64,000 nucleotides of DNA. Origin: Pseudomonadota bacterium. Its GTDB lineage: Bacteria > Myxococcota > JACRCW01 > JAFGSX01. The notes under the pieces are model-generated. The model worked only from the letters and a program-made list of their open reading frames with translations, made no database searches and was not told the DNA's origin. The stretch is taken from positions 32,484-96,483 of the forward strand of contig JBDRCO010000081.1 in the NCBI GenBank assembly GCA_043821645.1, given 5' to 3'. Shown here piece after piece: positions 1 through 14,111 of this stretch; position 1 is the first letter of the stretch, and the number at the start of each line of letters is the position of its first letter. A program made the position numbers and the translations under genes.

Positions 1-1
1 G

Positions 2-562
2 GGTATCCTGCTCGGTCCCTTCACCGAGGCCTGCAGCGTGGCCGGTGGCCTGTGGACCTACCAGGCGACGGGCGGTCTGCCCCTGGTGCCGCCCTGGATC
101 TTCCCGCTGTGGGGCTGCTTCACGCCAGCGCTGTGGATCGTGGTGCGCAGCATCAGCCTGCGTCTGCCGCGACCCCAGGTCCCGGCCTTTCACCTGGTCT
201 GGCTGGGCCTGGCCCTGGCCATCGAGATCATCGCCTACATCGAGCTGGGCCACTCGACGCCCCTGGCCCTGGCGGCGACCGTGCCCCTGGCCGCGCTGCT
301 GCTCGGCTTCAGCCGTCGCCTCGAGGTGGTGATCATCCTGCTCTTCGGCAGCGTGCTCGGACCCCTGTGCGAGTCCCTGCCCATCGCCTTCGGCGCCTGG
401 ACCTACCCCAACCCCGAGCTGCTCGGCATGCCCGCCTGGCTGCCCCTGGGCTACGGCATCTTTGGCGTGATCGTGGCCCTGTCCGCCGAGGCTGCGCTGG
501 CGTTGTTGCCAGCACCTCAGACCCTGTCCGCGACGACCTCGTCGCAAGGTTCGCCGGCCTAG
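2..562 (+). CDS. Integral membrane protein, 5'-truncated (DUF2878/Insig-like duplicated motif)
   Basis: The frame is open from base 2 (GILLGPFTEACSVAGGLWTY...). It has two similar hydrophobic halves, GP.xE...GxWTY...PxWxxPLWG and GPLCE...GAWTY...PAWLPLGYG. Confidence 0.65.
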   Translation, partial: GILLGPFTEACSVAGGLWTYQATGGLPLVPPWIFPLWGCFTPALWIVVRSISLRLPRPQVPAFHLVWLGLALAIEIIAYIELGHSTPLALAATVPLAALLLGFSRRLEVVIILLFGSVLGPLCESLPIAFGAWTYPNPELLGMPAWLPLGYGIFGVIVALSAEAALALLPAPQTLSATTSSQGSPA

Positions 563-803
563 CCCGATTCCAGGTGGAATCGATCGAACGGTGTGGGGCG
601 CAGGGGCAAGACGTTTTTTCGCAGCTTGCGAGAACAAAACGACTTGCCCCGTCGCGGGGGCCCCACACCACGAACTCCATGGCAGGCGAAATCGGCCTAG
701 CCTTCTCCAGCATCGCCCTGTCCTCAAGAATCGCTATAATGCGGCCGCGCAGGGCATCCCACGGCGACGCCCGTCCCCACTGTCGTGGTTCCGAGGAGGG
801 TTC

Positions 804-1649
804 ATGCGAACCGGTAGCATCATCCTGTGTTGCCTCGTGCTGAACCTGAGCAGCAACCTGGCGCTGGCGCAAGCTGAGCCTGGTTCCACGGCACCCACTG
901 GCAGCGGTACGCCTGCGGCCCCTGTGCCACACGGTGGTTCACCTGCCGAAGCCTCTGCCAAGAAACGCCTGCTGCTCATCGATCTCGAGGCCCTGGCCGT
1001 CGACCCCGCCACCGCGCGCATCATCGACGGCCTGGTCACCGATGCCGTACACCGACACAACGACCACATCGAGCTGCTCACCACCGCCGATATGCGGCAG
1101 ATCGTCGCCCTCGAGTCCAGCAAGCAGAACATGGGGTGCTCGACCGAAACCTGCCTCGCCGAGCTCGCCGGGGCCATGGGGGCGCGCTACGTGGTGTTCG
1201 GCCAGGTCGGTCGGCTCGAGGAGCTGACCCTGGTGCAGCTCAACCTCTTTGATTCGCTCGATGCGCGCAGCGTGGGCCGCAAGGAGATCCGCACCCGCAG
1301 CCTGTCGTCGCTGCCCGACGCCCTGCAACCCGCTATTGACGAGCTGCTGGCTCCCCTGTTGCCCGCAGCGGTGCCGACGCCAGCGGTGGCGGCTGCCGAG
1401 AGTTCCTCGGTCTCGACCTTCACCTGGGTCGGGGGCGGCCTGACCGCCGCCGGCGCCCTGCTCGCCTTCGGGCTGGGTGGTGTGGCGCTGTGGATGGACG
1501 GTGAGCTGGCCAGGCCGGCCAGCGAGGTCGCCCCCGCGACCAAGGATGGCTACCTGCAAGGCGGCCCCTGGCTGCTCGCCGGCACGGGTGTTGGCGGCGC
1601 GCTGGCCGTGGCGGGTCTCGGTCTCGCGCTGTTCGGGCTGATGGAATAG
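804..1649 (+). CDS. Secreted/membrane hypothetical protein (signal peptide, 'CSTETCLAELAGAMGA' myxobacterial domain, C-terminal hydrophobic segments)
   Basis: GGAGGG precedes ATG 804. Signal peptide ends ALA-QA. Conserved-looking CxxxxCLAELxGAxGAxYVVxG motif. Confidence 0.75.
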   Translation: MRTGSIILCCLVLNLSSNLALAQAEPGSTAPTGSGTPAAPVPHGGSPAEASAKKRLLLIDLEALAVDPATARIIDGLVTDAVHRHNDHIELLTTADMRQIVALESSKQNMGCSTETCLAELAGAMGARYVVFGQVGRLEELTLVQLNLFDSLDARSVGRKEIRTRSLSSLPDALQPAIDELLAPLLPAAVPTPAVAAAESSSVSTFTWVGGGLTAAGALLAFGLGGVALWMDGELARPASEVAPATKDGYLQGGPWLLAGTGVGGALAVAGLGLALFGLME

Positions 1650-1658
1650 GGAGCCGCC

Positions 1659-4532
1659 ATGCGCCACTTTTGCCCTGTCATCGTCATCGCCCTCGGGCTG
1701 AGCCAGGGCGCCTGTCACCTGCTGGGCCAGGACATCCCCTGCCAGATCCACGCGGACTGCCCGGCCAGCCTGCCGCTGTGCGAGCAGGGTCTGTGCATCG
1801 CGGGTACGGTGCCCGCGGATGCCGGCCTGCAGGACGCTCCGGCCGTGGACAGCGCGATACCTCAGGACGCAGCGCACGACGCAGGCGCCGATGCCAGCGC
1901 GCCAGGTGATGCGACCTCGCTCGACCTGGCCACAATGCCCGACGTCGCCAGCCAGCCCGATGGCACGCCCCCGGTCGATGCGGCGGGGCTGGACCTGGTG
2001 CCGCTGCCGGATGGCGCAACCCCACCGGATAGCACGAGCGCCGGCGACACCAGCTCTGGCATGGACACCAGCCCGGGGATGGACACCAGCGGAGTGCTGG
2101 ATGCTGGCCCGGACTCGGGCGTGGATTCGGGCGTGGATTCGGGCAGCGTCGACGCCGGCACCGGCAGCATTCCCGTCGTCACCTGCAGCACCATGCCCGC
2201 AGGCAGTCCTGGCGCAGACACCTGCTTTGTCGTCAACGGCAGTGGCACAGACCTCATCGTTTACGGCGACGTGTTGCTTCCCGACAAGATCTTCGCCGGC
2301 GGAGGCGTGCTCATCAGCGCCGAGGGTTACATTCAGTGCGTGGGCTGCGACTGCCAGACACAGTCGCCGAACGCCAAAGGCATCGTGTGCCCGGGCGCCG
2401 CCGTGTCCCCTGGCCTCATCGACGGTCGCGTACACATCAGCTACTCCAATGGCAACCCGGTGAACCCTGTGGACGGCGGCTATGACGGCCCCATAGATCC
2501 TGACCTGCGCTACGAGCACCGCCACGACTGGCGCCAGGGAACGGGCGACGATCCCAAGCTCAACACCACAGCGCCAATGGCGACAGCCAATGGCAAGATC
2601 TGGGCCGAGGCGCGCTGGCTGCTCGCCGGCACCACCAGCGCGAATGGCTCGGGCAACGGCACCGGCCTGGTGCGCGGCCTCACCCATGAGAGCCCGCGAC
2701 CTCTTTCAGGTGGCGCTGCGACCCAGTTCGACACCTTTCCTCTCGGCGACGTTTCGGGAGAAATGCACGTTGGCAATTGCTCATACGGCAGCTTCCCGAC
2801 GCAGACTGCGGGGCGCACCTACACCCCGGTGGTGGCCGAAGGCATAGGCAAGGAGGCGAACAACGAGTTCCAGTGCCTGTGCTACGACATCACTGGCCAC
2901 GACAGCCTGGCGCCGCCCGCTGCTCTGATGAGCGCCATCGCCCTCGATGCCTATGATGTCGATCGCATGGCCACGCTTGGCCTGTCCCTGATCTGGACCC
3001 CGCGCTCCGACCTGTCGCTGTACGGTGACACCTCACCGGTGCCCTTGCTGCGAACCATGGGCGTGGAGATAGGCCTTGGCTCGCTGTGGCCCACCACGGG
3101 CTCGCGCCACCTGCTGCAGGAACTCAGGTGCGCACAGCAGGCCGGCCACGACCTGTTCGCGGACCAGCTCGACGCCCACGAGTTGTGGCGCATGGTGACC
3201 TACGGTGCGGCCGCAGCCCTCGACATCGACGACGCCATCGGTGTGCTGCGCCCGGGTCTTCGCGCCGACATCGCCGTGTTTGCACCCGCGGGCCGGCGCT
3301 ACTACCAGGCCGTGGTCGACGCCACCCAGGCCGAGGTGGCGCTGGTCCTGGTCGACGGCAAGATCAAGGCCGGGCGCTCCTCCGTGGTGGGGACCCTGGG
3401 CCAAAACTGCACCACCGTCAGCGCGTGCGCCCTGGAGTACACGATCTGCCTCGACGGTACCGGGGTGGACTGGAACACACTTGGCGACGACGCGACCACC
3501 TCCGGCTGGCCTCCGCTGTTCGATTGCCTGCAGCCCGTCTACGAGCGCCCCTGCCTGGCCGCGCGCATCCTGACCGTCGACGCCGTGTCGGGCTCCAACA
3601 CCCACAGCGGCGTCTGGGCTGCGGATGACCCGGATGGCGACGGGCTCAAGAGCCCGAACGACAACTGCCCGGACCTGTTCAACCCCATTCGCCCCATGGA
3701 CGACCATGTGCAGGCTGACATCGACGGTGACCTGGTGGGCGACGTCTGCGATCCCTGCCCGCTGATCTCAGGCTCGGTGTGCCAGAATCGAAACCGCGAC
3801 GACCGCGACAACGATGGCATTTTCAACTGGCAAGACAACTGCCCCTCGCAGGCCAACCCGAACCAGGCGGATGAGGACGGCGATTTCATCGGCGACGCGT
3901 GCGACCGCTGTCAGGCGCATTCGGATCTCGACGGCTCGCCCTGCCCGGTGACGCTGTACGAGGTGCACACCAACACCGCTCTGCTCGGACGGCTCGTCGC
4001 GGTATCGAACGTGGTGGTCACCACCGTGGGACCGCGGGGCTTCTTCGTGCAGATGGATCCCGCGGACCTGGCCCGGTACAGCGGTCCCGGCCACAGCGGC
4101 ATCTACGTGTACACGTCGTCAACCCCCAGCGTGGCCGAGCGGGACATCGTCGATATCACGGGCGCGGTGCCGACGCCGTACTACGACATGCTGGAGCTGG
4201 CCGGAAGCCCGACCTACACCGTCGTCGGGCAGGTGACCCTGGCGCTGGCGCCTGTCGTGCTCACCAGCACCGAACTGGCCACCGAGGCGAGCCTCGGCAT
4301 GGAGAGCCCGCTGATCGGAGTCGTGGTGCAGGTCGACAGTGCCACCGTCACCGCTGTCGACAGCGGCACCAACAACTTCACGGTCGGCAGCGTGCTGGTG
4401 GTGGCCGACGAGCTCTACCCATTCACCTTGCCGGCGGTGAGCGACACCTTGCCACTGGTGCGTGGCCCCCTGACCTGGTCCTTCAATGCGCTCACCCTGT
4501 GGCCGCGCAACGCTGCGGATCTGGGCGGCTGA
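1659..4532 (+). CDS. Lipoprotein with an amidohydrolase-fold domain (metal ligands degenerate), thrombospondin type-3 Ca-binding repeats and C-terminal OB-like domains
   Basis: Lipobox-like SQGAC and a D/A/G-rich linker. Amidohydrolase framework: PGLID, WTPRS, GAAAL, GxLxPGxxADI. Repeats DxDGDGxxxxxDNCP and DxDGDxxGDxCD. Confidence 0.8.
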   Translation: MRHFCPVIVIALGLSQGACHLLGQDIPCQIHADCPASLPLCEQGLCIAGTVPADAGLQDAPAVDSAIPQDAAHDAGADASAPGDATSLDLATMPDVASQPDGTPPVDAAGLDLVPLPDGATPPDSTSAGDTSSGMDTSPGMDTSGVLDAGPDSGVDSGVDSGSVDAGTGSIPVVTCSTMPAGSPGADTCFVVNGSGTDLIVYGDVLLPDKIFAGGGVLISAEGYIQCVGCDCQTQSPNAKGIVCPGAAVSPGLIDGRVHISYSNGNPVNPVDGGYDGPIDPDLRYEHRHDWRQGTGDDPKLNTTAPMATANGKIWAEARWLLAGTTSANGSGNGTGLVRGLTHESPRPLSGGAATQFDTFPLGDVSGEMHVGNCSYGSFPTQTAGRTYTPVVAEGIGKEANNEFQCLCYDITGHDSLAPPAALMSAIALDAYDVDRMATLGLSLIWTPRSDLSLYGDTSPVPLLRTMGVEIGLGSLWPTTGSRHLLQELRCAQQAGHDLFADQLDAHELWRMVTYGAAAALDIDDAIGVLRPGLRADIAVFAPAGRRYYQAVVDATQAEVALVLVDGKIKAGRSSVVGTLGQNCTTVSACALEYTICLDGTGVDWNTLGDDATTSGWPPLFDCLQPVYERPCLAARILTVDAVSGSNTHSGVWAADDPDGDGLKSPNDNCPDLFNPIRPMDDHVQADIDGDLVGDVCDPCPLISGSVCQNRNRDDRDNDGIFNWQDNCPSQANPNQADEDGDFIGDACDRCQAHSDLDGSPCPVTLYEVHTNTALLGRLVAVSNVVVTTVGPRGFFVQMDPADLARYSGPGHSGIYVYTSSTPSVAERDIVDITGAVPTPYYDMLELAGSPTYTVVGQVTLALAPVVLTSTELATEASLGMESPLIGVVVQVDSATVTAVDSGTNNFTVGSVLVVADELYPFTLPAVSDTLPLVRGPLTWSFNALTLWPRNAADLGG

Positions 4533-4596
4533 ACCCCGTCCTTCGACCGCGTGTCCCTTTGATGCTTCGAGCAGAGGCGGCCTCGATGCATCTGGT

Positions 4597-6255
4597 TCAG
4601 CGCCTGATGTGTTCGTTGACCTTGGTGTTCTTGCCCTCGTGGATCACGAACGAGCGCGTGAACACCGTCCTGTTGCCGCCGGGCTCGGTGAGCACGAGCT
4701 GGTGCTCGCCGGTGGGCAGCCGGACGTTCTCCAGAGGTGTCGGCCCCAGCGCCTTGCCGTCGACGTAGACCAAGAAGTACGGCGTGCTGCCGGGCAAGGT
4801 GAGCGTACCGTAGGTGGTGACCGGCGCGATCTCGGGCGGACGCACCTCGGCCGGCGGCCTGGGCTTGAGCGAGGGGTATCGCGGCGGCTTCTTGCCTGGC
4901 CGGGATCGGGGATCTGGCCGCGCCAGGACCGCACGGTCCGCTGCCGAGGCGTCGGGTGCGCCGTCCACCACCGCCGTCGCCACGCCGACATCCGGCGCGA
5001 CGGCCAGGGCCGCATCGCGCGCCACGGCGTTCGCCGCATCGGTCGGATCCGCCGTCACCCCCGGACGCAAGCCCCACACGCCCCCCACACCCAGCGCCAG
5101 CAGCAAGGCCGCCCCCACCAGCAAGCGTCCAGCGCCGGCGCCCCGCGACGACGCGATGGCGGTCGCGGTCGCGGTCGAATCCTCGTCTTCGCGCGCCAGG
5201 GGGCCGCGCGCGGGCCTGACATCGGCATCTGAGGCCAGGGTGGGTTGCTGCTCGTCGTAGGCGCCCGCGGCGAGCGTCGACTGGTCCGGCGCCCGGCCCG
5301 CAACAGTAGCGATCTGTTCGGGCGAGCGCCGCGGTCCCGGAAAGAGCAGCTGCAGGTGCGCGGCCAGGTCGACCGCCCCGGCGGGGTGGCCCAGGTGCGC
5401 GATGAGCTGCTCGAGGGCGCGCGCCAGCACATCGGCACTGGCAAAACGCTCCTCGCGATCCGGCGATAGCGCGCAGTTGATGATGCGCGCGGCTGCCTCG
5501 GGCAGCTCAGGGCGCAGGCTGCGCGGGTCGCGGGCCCGCTCGCCGGCGATGGCCTGTATGGTGGCGTAGACCCCGTCGCGCACAAAGGGATTGTGGTGCG
5601 TGCACAGCTCGAACAGCACCGTGCCCAGCGAGAAGATGTCACTGCGCGCATCCAGCGGCTCGCCCCTGGCCTGCTCGGGCGACATGTAGGCGGGCTTGCC
5701 GCGCAGGATGCCCTGCTGCGTGGCGGTGGCGCGATCGCGGCTCTTGGCGATGCCAAAGTCCAGCACCTTGACCGCGCCGTCGACGGTGATCATCAGGTTC
5801 TGCGGTGACACGTCGCGATGCACCACGTGCAGAGGCTGGCCCTGCTCGTCGCACAGGGTGTGCGCGTGGTGCAGACCGCGCGCGGCCTCGGTCAGGATGC
5901 GAGCAGCCAGCGACAGCGGCATGTGCTCGCCGCGGCGCATCTGCTCGACGACGAGGTGGGTCAGGCTATCGCCGACCAGGTACTCCATGACCAGGTAGTA
6001 CAGGCCCTGGTCCTCGCCAAAGTCGAACACCTGGCACACGTTGGGGTGGGTCAGGCGTGCCGCCAGCCGCGCCTCGCTGAAGAACAGCTCCTGCACCTCG
6101 GGCGAGTCGAGAAACTGCGGCAGCAGCACCTTGATCGCGGCCTGCTTCTCGAAGCCCCGGGCGCCCTCCTTGCGCCCGAGCACCACCGCGCCCATGCCGC
6201 CCTCGCTGAGGCGACCCACGATGCGGTAGCCACCCAGGGTGGGCGGGAGCTGCAT
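4597..6255 (-). CDS. Hanks-type Ser/Thr protein kinase with one TM helix and a C-terminal PEGA domain
   Basis: EGGMGAV, AIK, HRDVSPQN, DFG and YMSPEQ motifs. TM LLVGAALLLALGVGGVWGL. PEGA signature VYVDGKALGPTPL. Start taken at MQLPPTLGGY (6255). Confidence 0.92.
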   Translation of the reverse strand: MQLPPTLGGYRIVGRLSEGGMGAVVLGRKEGARGFEKQAAIKVLLPQFLDSPEVQELFFSEARLAARLTHPNVCQVFDFGEDQGLYYLVMEYLVGDSLTHLVVEQMRRGEHMPLSLAARILTEAARGLHHAHTLCDEQGQPLHVVHRDVSPQNLMITVDGAVKVLDFGIAKSRDRATATQQGILRGKPAYMSPEQARGEPLDARSDIFSLGTVLFELCTHHNPFVRDGVYATIQAIAGERARDPRSLRPELPEAAARIINCALSPDREERFASADVLARALEQLIAHLGHPAGAVDLAAHLQLLFPGPRRSPEQIATVAGRAPDQSTLAAGAYDEQQPTLASDADVRPARGPLAREDEDSTATATAIASSRGAGAGRLLVGAALLLALGVGGVWGLRPGVTADPTDAANAVARDAALAVAPDVGVATAVVDGAPDASAADRAVLARPDPRSRPGKKPPRYPSLKPRPPAEVRPPEIAPVTTYGTLTLPGSTPYFLVYVDGKALGPTPLENVRLPTGEHQLVLTEPGGNRTVFTRSFVIHEGKNTKVNEHIRR

Positions 6256-6263
6256 GCCGGGGC

Positions 6264-7676
<1,413 letters not shown>

Positions 7677-7701
7677 CGGGATGCCCTCACAGGCAAAGGC
7701 G

Positions 7702-7804
7702 TGCTACCTCCAGGTACCAGTCGACCGTCCCAGGTCCTGCAGGTGGAACCTCAAGGTACCACAGCCTCTTCACCCGCGCCCAAACTTGGAACCTGCAGGT
7801 ACCA
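7702..7804. promoter_or_regulatory. Three phased 18-bp palindromic sites (consensus TGGWACCT-N2-AGGTACCA), candidate bEBP upstream activating sequences
   Basis: TGCTACCTCCAGGTACCA (7702-7719), TGGAACCTCAAGGTACCA (7744-7761) and TGGAACCTGCAGGTACCA (7787-7804). Start-to-start spacing is 42 and 43 bp. Confidence 0.75.
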
Positions 7805-7874
7805 GTTTGCCGTGTGATCTCCGTCACGAGCTGTAATCGCTTTAGAATACAGGCATTTAGAGCCTGCTCTGGAC

Positions 7875-7890
7875 TGGCACGGCGCTTGGA
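7875..7890 (+). promoter_or_regulatory. Putative sigma54 -24/-12 promoter for the lipoprotein at 7937
   Basis: TGGCACG-GCGC-TTGGA against the consensus TGGCACG-N4-TTGC (GG instead of GC at -12). It is preceded by an AT-rich tract and lies 46 bp before the ATG. Confidence 0.65.
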
Positions 7891-7936
7891 TTAGCAAGCA
7901 GGAGAAACACGGATCACAGCCCCCGAGGAGGATGAC

Positions 7937-9043
7937 ATGAGGACCCAGCGAATCAGCACTCTCACCATCGCAGCTCTTGCCGCAGCGCTCGTGGCCTGTG
8001 GTCAGATCAACCCCACCGACGCAGTCGACCTGGCCCTGCACGAGGACTACGCCGCCCTCGACGAGGGTGCCGAGGCCGAGGACTTTGGCGATCAGGATCT
8101 CGCCGAGGCCGAGGACCTGACTGGCGCGACCGACGTGGCGGTGGTCGACGATACCGCCGACGCCGACGCCGACCTGGCCGACGCGATCAACGACGGTCCC
8201 CAGGTGCGCCGCCTGCACATCGCCGTGATGTGGGGCCACCTGCGCCCGCAGCCGCGCAACACCGAGGTCACCAACTGGAGCGGCGCGCTGGTCGCCGAGA
8301 ACGCGGCCCTGCGCGTGCTGCGCACCATCGCCTTCGAGGAGAACGACCGCCTGCTGCGCCGCCCCGACATCCGCAGCGTGCCCTTCACCTCGTTCACCGC
8401 GCCCCACGCCGATGGCCTGCTGCTCGAAGTCGTCATGCACCCGCGCCTGATCAACGCCCCGGGCAACCCGGTGAGCGTGACCCTGCGCAGCGCCGCCTTC
8501 ACCGACACCCTGGTGATCGCTCCCGACATGCGCCTGAGCAAGGTGGTGCGCGTCGACGACAGCGGCAACGCGATCGCCTACCACGTGTTCCGCCGCGACG
8601 CCGACGGCTGCCAGGAAGGCATGCTGGCCGGTCGCTACACCGCCCTGCGCCAGACCGACGACGGACGCCAGCTGGGCGAGCTCAAGGGCCGCTACATCAG
8701 CACCGACGGCAGCGTGGGCGGCAAGGTCAAGGGTCTGTGGGGCGAGCGCGCGAACGGAGCGCAGGTGCTGTTCGCCAAGGTCATAGCCCGCGACGGCGGC
8801 TTCAAGGGCACCCTGGCCGGCCGCTACGGCGAGGGTCACTTCAAGGGTCGCTACCTGGCCGGTGGCCGGGTGGTGGCGGGTGGTTTCCAGGGCCTGTACC
8901 GCGAGGCGCCCGAGGCCGAAGGCAGTGGCTTCTTCATGGGTCGCTGGAGCCTGAACTGCCGCGAGCTGAGCAGCGAAGGCACGGCGGAGCAGAGCGACGA
9001 GGACAACAGCACGGCCGACGCCGAGATCGCTGACGCGCAGTAG
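7937..9043 (+). CDS. Hypothetical lipoprotein (acidic termini, Gly-rich beta-strand repeats GxFxGxY)
   Basis: GGAGGA RBS, lipobox ALVAC and host-like codon usage. Confidence 0.85.
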   Translation: MRTQRISTLTIAALAAALVACGQINPTDAVDLALHEDYAALDEGAEAEDFGDQDLAEAEDLTGATDVAVVDDTADADADLADAINDGPQVRRLHIAVMWGHLRPQPRNTEVTNWSGALVAENAALRVLRTIAFEENDRLLRRPDIRSVPFTSFTAPHADGLLLEVVMHPRLINAPGNPVSVTLRSAAFTDTLVIAPDMRLSKVVRVDDSGNAIAYHVFRRDADGCQEGMLAGRYTALRQTDDGRQLGELKGRYISTDGSVGGKVKGLWGERANGAQVLFAKVIARDGGFKGTLAGRYGEGHFKGRYLAGGRVVAGGFQGLYREAPEAEGSGFFMGRWSLNCRELSSEGTAEQSDEDNSTADAEIADAQ

Positions 9044-9161
9044 CCTCTCAGCCCTGGCCCAGAACTCCCCGCCTCAGACTCGACGACCCACTCAACACCT
9101 TCGATACGCGACATCTCCCTGAGAATTCGCTCACCCGCGTGCATCAGCCCGCCCAGACAAA

Positions 9162-9248
9162 GCGCGGGACGTAGCGCGTCGCATACTCTTTCGGGCGAGC
9201 CTGCGCAGCCCGCACAAAGTGTGCGACCGCGATCACTGGGGCCCGCGC
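9162..9248. repeat. 87-bp hairpin-forming dispersed repeat, copy 1 (REP/MITE-like or structured RNA)
   Basis: 78/87 identical to 13875-13961, same orientation. Ends are GCGCGGG...CCCGCGC, with an internal stem GTCGCATAC/GTGTGCGAC and a GTAG tetranucleotide before the stem. Confidence 0.85.
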
Positions 9249-9309
9249 GAAGGTCGAGCTGGGCGGGCGGCGTAGCGAGGAGTTCACTTCGCATGCCCCG
9301 ACCGACCGC

Positions 9310-10158
9310 TCAGGCGTGATCCGGCGTTGCCTTGGGCTGCCACTGCGCACGAATCTGCCCCGCCGCGCTGGAGCCGAGCAGGGGCTCGCCGCCGTCGACG
9401 CGCAGGGTCGTGCCGGTGACAAAGCCCGCGGCCGGCGACAGCAAGAACAGCACCGCCGCCGCCACTTCGCGCGGCGTGCCCAGGCGCCCGGCCGGGATGT
9501 AGTCGACGCTGTTCAAGAAGGTCTGTTGAAACTCGGGCGCGTAGTTGTCGACGCCGCTGGACAGGATCACCCCCGGCGCCACCGCGTTGACCCGCACGCC
9601 CGCGCTGGCCCACTCGAAGGCCAGGGTCTTGGTCAGGTTGTCGACGCCGGCGCGCGAGGCCCCGGTGTGCGCCATCATGGGGAAGCCGTTCCACATCTGG
9701 GCGATGATGTTGACGATGCTGCCCGACTGCCGCGGCAGCATGCTGCGCGTCGCCACCGCCTGGCTCATGAAGAAGGTGCCGCTGAGGTTGGTCTCGATGA
9801 CCGCGTTCCAGCCCTTGACGCTCATGGCCGCGGCCGGCGCCGGAAACTGCCCTCCGGCGTTGTTGACGAGGAGATCGATGTGACCGAAGCGGGCCATGGC
9901 GGCGTCCACCGCGGCCTCGATGGATTCGGGCTCGCGGATGTTGCACACGTGGCTGGCCACCTCGCCACTGCCAGCGATCTCGAGCAGACTCCTCGTCCCG
10001 GCATCGAGATTGGCGTGCTTTCGACTGGCCAAAAACACGCTGGCGCCGAGCAGGCGCAGCTCGGCGGCGATGCTGAGGCCTATGCCCGTGGCGCCGGTGA
10101 CGAGGGCGGTCTGTCCGTCGAACAGACCGGGGCGAAAGATCGAAGGGTCTCTCAGCAT
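9310..10158 (-). CDS. SDR oxidoreductase, peroxisomal trans-2-enoyl-CoA reductase/citronellol dehydrogenase-like
   Basis: TGATGIG and NNAGGQF motifs. MAHTGASRAG has His in place of the catalytic Tyr, as is typical of PECR-like SDRs. NAVAPG. Start taken at MLRDPSIF. Confidence 0.88.
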   Translation of the reverse strand: MLRDPSIFRPGLFDGQTALVTGATGIGLSIAAELRLLGASVFLASRKHANLDAGTRSLLEIAGSGEVASHVCNIREPESIEAAVDAAMARFGHIDLLVNNAGGQFPAPAAAMSVKGWNAVIETNLSGTFFMSQAVATRSMLPRQSGSIVNIIAQMWNGFPMMAHTGASRAGVDNLTKTLAFEWASAGVRVNAVAPGVILSSGVDNYAPEFQQTFLNSVDYIPAGRLGTPREVAAAVLFLLSPAAGFVTGTTLRVDGGEPLLGSSAAGQIRAQWQPKATPDHA

Positions 10159-10278
10159 GGGGGCCTCGCGCCGCGAAAGGGGCGACCACGGCGAGGGTAG
10201 AGCAGATCGCGGCCGGACGAAACGGCGCAAGGTGTCGAGGGCGCGATGGCAACGCGGAGACGCTGGATGGCCAGAGCC

Positions 10279-13704
<3,426 letters not shown>

Positions 13705-13734
13705 GGCGGGGCGCTCCATCCGGGCCCATTTCTG

Positions 13735-13762
13735 ACAATAGCAGACAAATGTCTTATTTCAA
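13735..13762 (-). promoter_or_regulatory. Putative sigma70-type promoter of dnaE2 with a palindromic operator in the spacer
   Basis: Minus strand reads TTGAAA-N16-TATTGT with an extended TGn. The perfect inverted repeat AGACA-N2-TGTCT (13743-13754) lies between the hexamers. Confidence 0.6.
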
Positions 13763-13874
13763 GGATGGCGAGGTGGATCCGGAGTTGATCGGGGGTTCCC
13801 TTGCAGGTCGACCTGCGCCGTGGAGTACCCAACACTCCGTGTTTCCAATCGAGAAGCCGTTCGGCCTGACCAAG

Positions 13875-13961
13875 GCGCGGGACGTAGCGCGTCGCATCTT
13901 TTTTCGGGCAAGCCTGCGCAGCCCGAATAAAAGGTGCGACCGCAATCACTGGGGCCCGCGC
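13875..13961. repeat. 87-bp hairpin-forming dispersed repeat, copy 2
   Basis: Direct repeat of 9162-9248, with stem GTCGCATCTTTT/AAAAGGTGCGAC. Confidence 0.85.
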
Positions 13962-14111
13962 CGACAAGTCGCCAGGCCTAACGGCGTCACGTGTGTATTG
14001 GCTGGAACTCCCCCAAAAAAAATTCGACAGTCGCCCTGCCTTGCTGCCTCCACGGACAGCGGGCCGCAGCGCAACCATCACCGCGGCCTGCCTCAACCCG
14101 AGGATCTCGCC

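Noticed and set aside
565-582. Hairpin CGATTCC-AGGT-GGAATCG as an intrinsic terminator
   Set aside because: The stem is short and has no adjacent U-tract, so it cannot be supported.
2046-2144. Short tandem repeats (GACACCAGC x3; GGATTCGGGCGT-like x3)
   Set aside because: They encode the ordinary low-complexity DTS/DSGV linker of a myxobacterial lipoprotein.
7702-7804. Mini CRISPR array
   Set aside because: There are only three 18-bp imperfect units with 24-25-bp gaps and no cas genes. The position upstream of a sigma54 promoter fits transcription-factor sites better.
9044-9146. Protein-like minus-strand fragment (HAGERILREMSRIEGVEWV) as a gene remnant
   Set aside because: It is too short to assign and has no clear start/stop context.
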